64,000 bases of DNA from Balanoglossus misakiensis (lineage: Eukaryota; Animalia; Hemichordata): contig CM082579.2 of NCBI GenBank assembly GCA_040954595.2, forward strand, positions 5,080,879-5,144,878, given 5' to 3'. The notes beneath the pieces are model-generated. The model did no database searches, had not been told where the DNA came from, and was given only the letters and a program-made list of their open reading frames with translations. Of this stretch, positions 54,201 through 64,000 are shown in pieces; the first letter of the stretch is position 1; every line of letters begins with the position of its first letter. The translations under genes and the position numbers were made by a program.

Positions 54201-57200
54201 TCCCCAAAAGAGGTACAAATTACTCGAGAGCATTGTTGGATAAAATTGACCTTTGACCCAGAGATAGACTCATCCACACGTGATACAGAATCTCATCACT
54301 TGGATAAATCATTGCATTATGTGTACTCTGAGCTGTATCAGTATTTTAAAATTGTATGAAAATCAATGGCCTGCACTCTTGTGGAAAAATACTCGTATTT
54401 ACCTTTAGGCTTTGAATTATAATTACCATCTGAGAAAACTATTATTCTACCTTGCCAGCTGTTCCAAAAGTCTTCACTCTGTGATAAACAAAGGCCTGTT
54501 ACCATGGTAACCCCAGAAATGGCTGCACACACGCAGAGGGATTTACTGTACTCATTACCTTCGATTACTTTGGTCTTTACTTTTTGTGAAGTGAAATCCA
54601 ATCTGTGTACAGGAAATTCTGTCTGAGGAGAGGAATTGTTGCAAGCTCTGAAAAGACCGGGCTTTCTCTTATAGCCGTTAATTGACATTGTAAACACACC
54701 CTAAGTGACGTCAAGAGCCAACAGTCAGCGTCTGAAGTTTGTTGTTTTGGCTCTTTTTTTTCGTTGTGAATAACAAGCATTCAGCGCAATGTTTTATACA
54801 CTGGCCAGACAGGAAGCGCCCTGACCTTACCACTCGAAGGCTATAATCTGTCTAACTTTCCCTCAAATTGATGTCATTACCATCCGAGAATTCCTTTACT
54901 TCATGGTTATACTCATAAGTGTTTACATGTAGGTTGTAGGTCAGTTCTCAGAGCTGAATTACGGGCTATCTGACAGATCAGTAAGTTCGCGTACATGTCA
55001 CTTGTAACAGTCATGTCACCAATTATCCTCATTTGCCATGTGCCACGACTGCCAAGTCTGAAATGACTGAAATACTTGTGTCTGACTGGGAGTTACTATC
55101 TTCCTACTCCTGTACAATGCACATTCTGAGAGACTTCCAGTACAGTTAAGTTCATTGTCGCACATTTCTGTGTCACCATGGATACGCTGCATCTTACTCC
55201 ACCTCTACATGTAAGACACCATGACTGTCTTTACAATTACAGCAAATGCCCCGAACACATGGTACGCCAATAAAAATCACAAAGGACTGAAAAGTTCAGT
55301 TGTTCTTACTGCTCTTGTTTTACTGCACACTTTTACTGCCATTGTCTGCATGTAATTGCCCTGAAATTAATTACTCAGGTTCCTTTGATCCCAGCATGGG
55401 TCCTTACATGCATGACATTCCTGTCAGGGTCAAAAAGGCCATCAGTGAGGTGGGCATCCCACCTTAAGTGAGGTCATGCCAAGCCATTCTAACATGTGAC
55501 AGAGATGCATCTGCAGGGTTGAATGAGGAGACACTATGCGCTCGGATGAGAGGAGAACTAGTGATGCAGACTAGGGATGTCAGTCAACAGGGCGCGTGTG
55601 ATTTACACCAACAAACTACATTGTAAATGTCCTGACAGATCATCAAGTGGCCATTTCAGGGCAATAAAAGTCAAGTGAAGTGGCTCATTGCCAAAGTCAC
55701 TTGACTGGGACAAAGCTTTCAGATAACCTGCATGGCTCTGGATATCAACACAAATGCCAGGCATGGGTGATGGGTAGCTCTGCATGGCCGGGCTGTGTGG
55801 TGGCATCGCTGCAAGGCACACAGCCCTGCCATGCAGAGCTGGTGTGATGGGGAGATTTTTGTCTGGTTTCGAAGTATGATTACTGTTAAAATGTACAATT
55901 TCATTCATGTGCGTGTGTGAACATACTTCTTGTACTCAACTTTGATGTAAAGAAAGAACTTGCAATAAAAATTATATATTTTTTTGTTTTACTGCAGCCT
56001 TCTTACTGAGGGATGACCGAGATGAATGAAAGACTGGCCTACCACCAGCCAGGGGACCACCATCTCTGCACTACCAGCCAGCAAGGGACTACAACATGTA
56101 CTACCAGCTGGGAACCACCGAACGACCAGCTGGGAATGTCCATCCCCTTACAGAAACTTCTCATCTACAAAATCCTGCGGACCCAAAACTGGTCACAATC
56201 TAGTATCTACCGCAGACAAGATACAAAAGCGACAATTTAATGACAAAAAAAACAACACTGATCGCAACAAAGGCACTGATTTTCTGTTTGTCTCATCCTT
56301 GACGTCACCACCGAATCCAAAGTCAACAGGATGCAAAAATCGCAAGAATTTATTGACCAGATTAAGACTCAGCAAGCCGCTTTTTCTGTTCTGTTGGACA
56401 GGTTTTAAATCCTCTTAGCCGACCACTACTGGGACAACAATCGCCGACAGATCCAACACAGTAGTGAACTTTTGTCTGGGTTTAACTACAGATGTTATGT
56501 AAACTGACGGGTGGTCATTGATATGTTGATGCTTTGACGCGTAGCTTACTGTTTGAGATTATTTTAATAAAACAGTCCCAGGCATTCTGTACATACAATC
56601 AGCAACCGTCTTATCATTCTCACCAGTTACGAGAGCATGCAGAGTTTCTCAATAACCACTGATTAGTGCTACCATAAAATGATCTCCAAAAGCGCATTTG
56701 GTGCTATGAACCTTGATCAGGATTTATTTTATCACCATCTCTCCTCTCATACGTAGAGAAAATTATGGAGTTAATCTTTTACATTGTGAAATAGTCTCTT
56801 TTTATCAGGATTTGCTGGATGGACATTCAAAGAGTCCCTAAAACCTAACACAAGTGTTTGTTAAAAAACAATGTATTTTACATAGCCTACAGCTACTTTT
56901 AAATTTCTATGATAGAATGTATCTTTCATGTTAAATAAAGATACCACTTTGGTAAAGCTAGTTTGTTGTTATTTTGTTTTAGCAGAGAGTGAGAGGAAAA
57001 TTTTTAAGAATCATTGTATTAAAGGTGAAGTTGGCAAACTAACAGCATAATCCTTCTACAGCAGGCCAGAGGGACACACAGAGGACAAAAAGCACAGAGA
57101 GGTTAGAATGTACAGCACTTCACTCCATTGGACAAACACTCATCGGCTACCTGACAGTCGACACTATTGTGACATCATTCTTCGCAGAGGTCTGAAGACA

Positions 57201-59494
57201 ATACAAGTCGTGTGATCAGTTTGGAATGTTTCTTTTTATTCCTTCAGTATAGTACCCCTGCCTTCGCTGTTTGACCCCTGACTGAAAAACCAACATGTCT
57301 GGCCACTTGCATGTTACACAATAGAGCAAACCCTGCAATGATTAGACACACAGAAAAAATCTTCCCCAGCATAGGAGGAAACATAAAAACCTTGTTTTCA
57401 ATTCATCAGCACATTGCCCGGCTAATATAACAAAGAGAGGTGTTAAAAGAGTTTTTGTGCCACTGAACTCATTATCACTGATGCCAGTTTTGACTTTCAA
57501 ATTCCATTATTGTTCTTATTGTTAGTGACACTACCAGAACTACATTATGTATGTCCCCACTCTTAATTTTTGTTGTCTTACAGTCAGAAACAGTCCTACT
57601 TCAAAATGACACTATGAAACTTGGAAATTACATGTAGTAAGTTTTATCAATATCGACTGATTTTCTAACTAGCAGGTCATTTCGTATTTGGAGGATTCCA
57701 CTGGCAAAATTGAACACATTATACAGTACTGTGTTGATACACCTTCTATGTCCAAATACAAACGCAACCCCCACTTTTGTTTCTTTTCTTGCAGCTCAGT
57801 GACAAAGACAAAAAGAACAGAAATACTTAGCAGCCAAAGTTTGCAAACAGAATCCAGCAAAGTAACAAAACAGAACATCTGGCCTTTTATAACTCTGGGT
57901 GCAAAGTTACGAAGAAAACTTGTCTTTTGTTGCAAAACAGCAAAATAGAGATCTTTGTACTGGAAATTCCTTCCCAGGTAAATGTATGCAGGTAACCTGT
58001 CATTGGATACCCCAGGCCTCGGATTCCAATCACGTCCCACCATACATTGTACCTTGTGGAATGCCTTCACGTCTCTGCACCCATCAGCTAATTACATGGC
58101 ATCGCTCTATCAACAGATCCTTAATTCACATTCAAAAAAGATACTCAGAATTGTTACCAGAGATTTATAGCATTGTGTGTGCTGACATGTTTAAATGCAA
58201 GCTGTCGAAAGAAAAGGTGACATTTTCTTCCTTGGAGACGCAGGAACTGGGCAGCATAAAGATAAGATTTATTTTATGATGCAATGGCGAAAAAATTCAT
58301 GTACACCTTGGGCAAAGTAATCCTAGCTACATGTACGTTCTCACAAGAATTAACTGAGATTTTTCATTTAAAACTTGAGGCTTATTACAATGGTACCATA
58401 GATGGTCTTGGCATCATTGTAATTCACCCGTCAAAAGAAAAAACCTTACAGAAGGTCAAAGTCACAGACATAAAGTTCAGAAAGTTTACTGAGGATGGAC
58501 AAAAAGACAGCATCCTCCATCTTGAAAGTTCAGAGAAAGTCATTCTCCATTAAAACAGAATTTTGGGAACTTCACACCTACGGTCTTCCCATAGCCATCA
58601 TCAAACCTGGACAGATTGCACAGTTACATTACACGTACCGTGGACCGCCAACAGCCATTACAAACCACTTTGGTCAGACGGGAAGAGAAATGACCAATAA
58701 ATGACCGTGGGCCACAAAGGTTCCACACTCTTAAATTTCATTAACAGCCAGACAATTTGCTGCCATACAGAAAAGTCAGTCGAGTGAGGACAATAGAAAA
58801 GTGGTTTGTAGCCTATAATATCTATACCGTACGCGACAGATCAGACCCAGCACTGCCAGTCCAAAGTCAGAAGTCTACAAGTAAACTAACACCACGCAAT
58901 TTTGAACCAAACATCTACCATTTTACAATACAGTGAAAAAATGTATACAACAGGTAACAGGATAGGTTAATTGACTTTGACACCGAGACTTAATATTTTC
59001 CATGGTGGAATGTACTGCGAAAATTAATTCATAATACATTAACACACCACATGTCACATGTTCGTTTCACTAATACATTTCTGTTGGGCTATAAATACCC
59101 ACTTTTAATTATGGTGTATGTATTGTTTATTCTCTGGTTGGATAAAAATGTGACGAGGACAGTGACAGAACCTCAGCTGTGTATTTGGTACCCTTCGTAA
59201 CATGTGCCCATTCTTGCATAAAATCTCAAGTTCTGGTCATTTCTTTTTTACTGTCTATGGGTCAACACGCTGTGCAGCATTCCCCACCTATTCTTTTGCC
59301 CTGAAACACTGCACAACAGGGAGTCTAAGAGAATGAATGGTGTACTTTCACAAAATAAAATGTACAAGGTTGGACGTCCATTGAACAAGGACAGACCACA
59401 TCACCACAGCTCGGCACTTAGCCTCCACCACAGTCGGTATAACAAGTGGTTAATTATGTTGGTCTAGTGATAAAACAAGATGCTAGATGTATGT

Positions 59495-59575
59495 TAGCTG
59501 CGATGATTGTAGGGGTTTGAGTGGCTGCGAACACACCACTCAACCTAGCAGCACCCACTACAATCATTGCAGCTA
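59495..59575. mobile_element. 81-bp micro-MITE / hairpin with near-perfect 9-bp TSD
   Basis: TAGCTGCGATGATTGTAG ... CTACAATCATTGCAGCTA (18-bp TIR, 1 mismatch); flanks GATGTATGT and GATGTGTGT; inner stem TTGAGTGG/CCACTCAA. Confidence 0.65.
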
Positions 59576-59600
59576 GATGTGTGTATACTGTGTGAGCTCC

Positions 59601-59684
59601 CAATGAGGTTTCGTACGGTTGTCATTGATGACCGTGGTATTACACTTGTATCACGTCCGATGACAACCGATTGAAACGTCAATG
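59601..59684. repeat. Degenerate inverted repeat (hairpin)
   Basis: CAATGAGGTTTCGTACGGTTGTCATTG pairs imperfectly with CGATGACAACCGATTGAAACGTCAATG; inner CGTGGTA/TATCACG stem. Confidence 0.6.
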
Positions 59685-60275
59685 TTTACCCAAATCAAAG
59701 TCCAAATCCTTGGCGGTCTGCTCAAAACCTATTACACTCCACTACTGGTAAATTAAGTGCATAAGTAAATGAATGAATGAATGAATGAATATGGATAATC
59801 ATTGAAGAGTTTCGGAAATTGTGAGCGCGTGTTTCAAATTTTGGAATTAATTGAAAATGTGAATGAACATTTCCCAGAACATCAAGTGAATGTCCACACA
59901 TACATGTACATGATGTCGATTTCCATGTAGCACAGTGGCTTATGAAAGGTCGTTGACGTTCTGGGTTATGTGAATCTTGTGAACAGGTATCGTCAACGAG
60001 AATGGACTTTGGAACACCCGAACGCACTGTTATGATCATAGCCTCTTACCCAAACCGTAACTTCGTAAGGAAGATAAAACTCCACCGGGCGTTGGTACAC
60101 ATTCACTGGAATTGTCAAGTTGTGTGTCACTGAAACTGACATGGCTTGGCATGCAGGCACGCGTCGATCGTCGTGCGTGCATTTCACCAGTGTACGTGTA
60201 CGCACGCCGGGTGTTGTTTCCGGGACACGGACTTGTTGATCATAACGTACGCTCTCTGTTGATACGTGTACTTAC

Positions 60276-60473
60276 TTCGGAAATCACAAGAGCAGACTGC
60301 ATTTCAAGTCCACCACTGACCGTGAAACCCCACGGTCGACCACCCTTCAATACCACTTCGAAAACTTTCCCCCTGTACTGCGACGGGGACGGGTGTCTCA
60401 GCTGGGCCAGATGTGGCGGCCGGTGGGATTGCTGCTGGACGTCGCCGTCCACTCTGCCTGGTTTGGCACTCAT
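60276..60473 (-). CDS. SHROOM: Shroom-family PDZ protein, first coding exon (N-terminal half of PDZ)
   Basis: aacATG MSAKPG...RGKVFEVVLKGGRPWGFTVSGGLEMQSALVISE|gtaagt; 198 nt, phase 0. LxGGxPWGFTxxGGLE...LxIS matches the SHROOM2/3/4 PDZ start as I recall it. A possible acceptor (ttttttccag|) lies at 60501. Confidence 0.85.
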
Positions 60474-60649
60474 GTTCCTCGCGTCGAATCGCCGAAATAT
60501 CCTGGAAAAAAACACAGGTTATGACGAGATCACACCCGCACTGGGTGTGTTGAAGTCTCTAATGTCTCCATTGAAATGTTTTAAAGACTGGCGTCCTTTC
60601 TATTCACAGGTGAATCGTGGGCGAAGGGGGGCTTAGCTGTACGGGGACA

Positions 60650-60713
60650 GGTCACTGCAAAGTACTATGGGAAAACAGGGAAAGTTTTATACGTGCAAGG
60701 GCGCCCTCTATAG
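60650..60713 (-). promoter_or_regulatory. Candidate core promoter of the Shroom-like gene (TATA box) with adjacent CTCF-like motif
   Basis: Minus-strand TATAAAA at 60691-60685, about 210 bp upstream of ATG 60473, in a CpG-richer region; TAGAGGGCGC (CTCF core-like) at 60710-60701. Confidence 0.4.
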
Positions 60714-61022
60714 AAATATAAAAGTTTTCGAAAGGGGATGGGGTTTTCTCGAGTTTTCAAACTGAAAAAGTTCTTTTCCATTCTAACATTTAATTAAAAT
60801 TACAATCGCTAATCTTTCTCTTGTTTTCCGATCTCTTTCTTATCACAGCATTGATATCCGAGACAATAGTTTTCCTAGTTCAGCTGCAGCTTGGAACTGA
60901 CCAACTGGCCACTTTACTTCAATAGGTTGCAGTACCATGATCAGCTAATACTTTTACAAAATCAATGACCTACCAGATGCAGAAGCAAAAATGAAATGAC
61001 AACACGATTATTGAAAAAAAAC

Positions 61023-61589
61023 TTTAATGATACTTGGCAAGTTCATTTTGACACTAGCAAAATTTGCAGAAAAAATGACAAGTTCTGTGATATGCAGGAA
61101 AATGCCCTATCCCAACTAGCCCTGTTACACCAGTACACCAATTCAATTTCTGATATAAAAATGTAAATGATAAATCAGTCCTTGGCCTTATTGCACATTT
61201 TTATTAGTTAGTTTATAAAAACTACTGCTCGTTATGTTAGTTCTCTTCCAAATTCTATCACTGGAAATATTTTTTACATGTACCAAATATTTGTCTTTGA
61301 CGTTCAGAAAAAAATCTGGTGCTTGACTTGCATATCATCAGTTGGCTTCTTTTTCAAAGGTTTAAAAATACCTAATATTAACTTGACATTAACTTGCATG
61401 TGACACATAACAATGTTCAAAAGCCAGGTGTATCTCAAAACGCTAAGAACAGAGTTGGTTGTAGAGTCTCGGAAAATTTTCATGATTACCAGAAGAATGT
61501 GGTATGCGCCCTCTACGATATATATTTCCCACAACTTTTGTTTTTTTAAGAAAGCCAAAGTTTCTCGCAAAACCCAATGCAGCTTTATT
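61023..61589 (-). terminator. Candidate polyadenylation signals of the formin 3' UTR
   Basis: Minus-strand AATAAA at 61589-61584 and 61205-61200; ATTAAA at 61028-61023 followed by a GU/U-rich tract (cgtgttgtcatttcatttttg). Which one is used cannot be determined from sequence. Confidence 0.4.
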
Positions 61590-61981
61590 CCACTCAGATT
61601 TATCTCAATCTGCAGTACATATTGGCTTCTTTGGAAGGGGGACAATGTCTAATTCCTTTCAAAGACATGTTAGTATCTAGCATACGTGTACGATACAACC
61701 TGAATAGCGTGGTTGGTTTCAAATGACACAAGAAACTTAAAGACACAATGGATACTAACAATGGTTCAAAAAGTGCAACTGGGTTTCCAGTTTTAAAAAA
61801 TATCATGTACTCTCTTCCAATTAAAAATAATTCATAGATCTAAAATGGGGTAAAGGCTAATAAAAGCTACAAAATATCGGCAGCTTATATCTTCATAAGG
61901 ATCATATCAGTGTTCATGTCATCTAAACTTCATACCATACTCAAAAGAGTAAAAATGGACAGTGTAAAACAACAGATTTCC

Positions 61982-62398
61982 TCAGTCTTCTAGTCCAGCT
62001 TCTCGCGCCTTCACTCCAGCCACATTTTTACCTGATTGTTTCTTGAAAGCCATCAGTCCCTTGACAACCGACAGGAACGAGTTCGAAGGCAGCTGTTTGT
62101 TGTTATTGTCTGGCTGCTGGCTGTTTGGCACGGGTTCCATCTTGACCACTCTCTCGCGCGTCATCTCCAGAGATTTCAGTCGCTCGCTTCTCTTCGTGTT
62201 CCTGGATCTCACTCTCCGTCGGCTTCCATCCATGACAGTCATATCATTCCTGTTTACAACGGCTTTTCCGGCACTGCCACTGCTCTTGGCCATGAGCAGT
62301 TCATCTAGTGTCTTTTTGTTTTCTTCCCGTGGTGACTCCGCACCAGGTTTCCGCCTGGATTTCTGACTGAGTCGCCTTTTCTTGCTGTGATGGAAGCC
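61982..62398 (-). CDS. FHDC1: Inverted formin, terminal coding exon
   Basis: ttgcag|GFHHSKKRRLSQKSRRK...EAGLED*. Joins to give CIIDSLLNDIAKGF followed by a basic tract, like the INF2 DAD/WH2 motif. TGA at 61984-61982. Confidence 0.88.
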   Translation of the reverse strand, partial: GFHHSKKRRLSQKSRRKPGAESPREENKKTLDELLMAKSSGSAGKAVVNRNDMTVMDGSRRRVRSRNTKRSERLKSLEMTRERVVKMEPVPNSQQPDNNNKQLPSNSFLSVVKGLMAFKKQSGKNVAGVKAREAGLED

Positions 62399-62495
62399 CT
62401 GCAATGGCCAAAAAAAGAATTTGCAAATGAAACACTCATGGTAACATGACTACCTCATATACTCACACAGCTGACCATATGACAAATTTACTTAC

Positions 62496-62672
62496 CTTGG
62501 CAATGTCGTTCAACAATGAGTCTATGATACAAGAATCTTCATCTGAAGAAGAAGTCAACTCAGCCGCCTTCAGTTGTTTCTGTTTTTCTTCTTTCTTTTT
62601 CTCCTCCTTCAATTTTTGTTGTTTTTCCCTCTCTCGTGCTTTCTCCTCCTGGACTTTTCTTATCCTATTTTC
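62496..62672 (-). CDS. FHDC1: Inverted formin, internal exon (post-FH2 coiled coil and start of DAD/WH2-like motif)
   Basis: tcaccag|ENRIRKVQEEKAREREKQQKLKEEKKKEEKQKQLKAAELTSSSDEDSCIIDSLLNDIAK|gtaagt; 177 nt, phase 0. Confidence 0.92.
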
Positions 62673-62784
62673 CTGGTGATACATGAAGCAAAGAATTGAA
62701 GTTGAGGGAAATGTTTATACACTCATGCTTCTTTTAAATTCTAGCATCTAACAATTTGTCGTTTTTTTCAAAATCTCAAATTAC

Positions 62785-62949
62785 CTCTCGAGACTGCTTG
62801 ACACAGTTTGTAAAGTTATTGATAGTTGAAAACAACTCCTCCAGTTTGAAAGTTTTGGCATCTTCGCAGAAATAGTTTGCAAGCTCTGTTGTAAGCTGGT
62901 CAATTTCTTGCAAGGATTTCTCCAACTTGGCACAATCCTCCAAGGCTCC
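62785..62949 (-). CDS. FHDC1: Inverted formin, internal exon (FH2 C-terminal helix)
   Basis: ttttacag|GALEDCAKLEKSLQEIDQLTTELANYFCEDAKTFKLEELFSTINNFTNCVKQSRE|gtaatt; 165 nt. YFCED...LEE.F..F is the typical FH2 end. The correct frame is not the one shown in the ORF track. Confidence 0.93.
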
Positions 62950-63063
62950 CTGTAAAAGAACAGAACAGTTTTCAGGAAATGCAACACTTTGTACCAGGGA
63001 AAAGAATGACTATTACCACCACTACTACCAACACCACCACAAGCAAATGAATTTCTGCCCTAC

Positions 63064-63184
63064 CTCAAGGAAAGCACCAACTTGTTGTTTGAGGTCTTCC
63101 TCAGCTGCTGACACCTGTTCTTGAAGTTCACCAAGTCTCTTCGACAGGTCATTCACATCTGCTGTCAGTGATTCCACGGAATGT
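63064..63184 (-). CDS. FHDC1: Inverted formin, internal exon (FH2)
   Basis: ttttcag|A-HSVESLTADVNDLSKRLGELQEQVSAAEEDLKQQVGAFLE|gtaggg; 121 nt, completes the phase-2 Arg codon and ends in phase 0. Confidence 0.92.
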
Positions 63185-63380
63185 CTGAAAAGTGTCATGG
63201 CGGAAAGAGTATTCAACTCCAATTCAAGTACAAAATTTCATTAAGACTACCTTGTACATATTTAGAAGAAGTTACATCAAGTTCACGACACAAGTGGGGG
63301 TGTACAGTTTCAAATCTTCTCTTCAACATTAACAAAATCAAGATGTCAATACAAGACCAATCACTAATACAAACTCTGAC

Positions 63381-63562
63381 CTGCAAGCTTCACTGACAGG
63401 ACCAAAGTCTTTTAGCAACTGCGTAAAGTTATGCTGAGCTTTTTCACCGAAGACATCCACCAAGTGATGTAACAGAGTCATCCTGGGAACGTTGGCGCGG
63501 GTGTCGCTCAACTTCAGCAGAGAAGAGACCTTAAAACCCACAGCGTTTCCGGCATAGCCACC
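63381..63562 (-). CDS. FHDC1: Inverted formin (FHDC1/INF2-like), internal exon, FH2 post region; upstream exons lie beyond the window
   Basis: atcatcag|GGYAGNAVGFKVSSLLKLSDTRANVPRMTLLHHLVDVFGEKAQHNFTQLLKDFGPVSEAC-AG|gtcaga; 182 nt, phase 0 to 2. Contains the FH2 motif GFKxSSLxKLxDT..N...LLH, and GGYAGNAVGFK resembles FHDC1 as I recall it. Orthology to FHDC1 versus INF2 is not certain. Confidence 0.93.
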
Positions 63563-64000
63563 CTGATGATAAACCAAAAGAAAATTACCAAAATGACTGA
63601 CAAAATTGATAAATTCACACACAATCGACACAGAAGACAAAAAAATTGTTTTCTGCCGACAACCTCTATGGCAATGGAGTCAGGTCTACCTGGACCTCAT
63701 CATGTCTCTGACATGGTCCCAGAAACTGTTAAAATCACATGAAACTCTCTACACATTTTATGAGGAAATGTTGTTTAAAATTTAACAAAGAAATTATTTA
63801 TACAACAGGGAAACCCGGCAGCAATCCACATTTCTGATAATAGACACTTTCGTCTGAATGACTATAGAGTGTGTTGCAAACACCCCATCTGTATTGTTCT
63901 GGTGTTCATCACTTCCTTCTAAATAAACAAATTCATTCACTATCACTTCCCCTTTAACATGCTTGGCTTCAATGTGTACAAGAGGAATGAGAATGTCTCA

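Larger units (their letters stand above)
30043..60275 (-). other. Shroom intron 1 (30,233 bp), splitting the PDZ domain
   Basis: GTAAGT donor at 60275, ttttctccgcag acceptor at 30043; phase 0 join gives LVISE|IEEGSKA. Confidence 0.8.

Noticed and set aside
60112-60636. 174-aa plus-strand ORF
   Set aside because: Antisense shadow of the GC-rich Shroom first exon.
62036-62679. Plus-strand ORFs over the formin exons
   Set aside because: Antisense shadows of real minus-strand coding sequence.
1-64000. Prokaryote-type systems (operons, CRISPR, defence islands, RT loci)
   Set aside because: The sequence is spliceosomal-intron-containing animal DNA with very low coding density; no such features were seen.

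Overview
Animal (most likely invertebrate) nuclear DNA, almost entirely intronic, with two spliced genes on the minus strand. (1) At the right end are the last five coding exons of an inverted-formin (FHDC1/INF2-type) gene, 63562->61982, with small GT-AG introns whose phases join into an FH2 C-terminus plus a DAD/WH2-like motif. (2) About 1.5 kb downstream starts a Shroom-family gene. Its PDZ domain is split between exon 60473-60276 and exon 30042-29894 by a 30.2-kb intron, and a second intron of about 30 kb or more apparently runs off the left edge. That second intron holds several ATG-initiated exon candidates that all end at phase-2 donors like the PDZ exon (best: 21906-21821 with TATA+Inr, and 16855-16707), suggesting a variable-first-exon architecture that swaps the PDZ for other N-termini. 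The introns also carry three foldback/MITE elements with 9-bp TSDs, a double-hairpin element, apparently perfect 701-bp and 61-bp tandem duplications, a (GAAT)n microsatellite, co-oriented CTCF-like motifs, RFX X-box/CCAAT clusters and an excess of TACATGTA. Nearly all entries in the supplied ORF track are spurious. All calls were made by eye, without searches.
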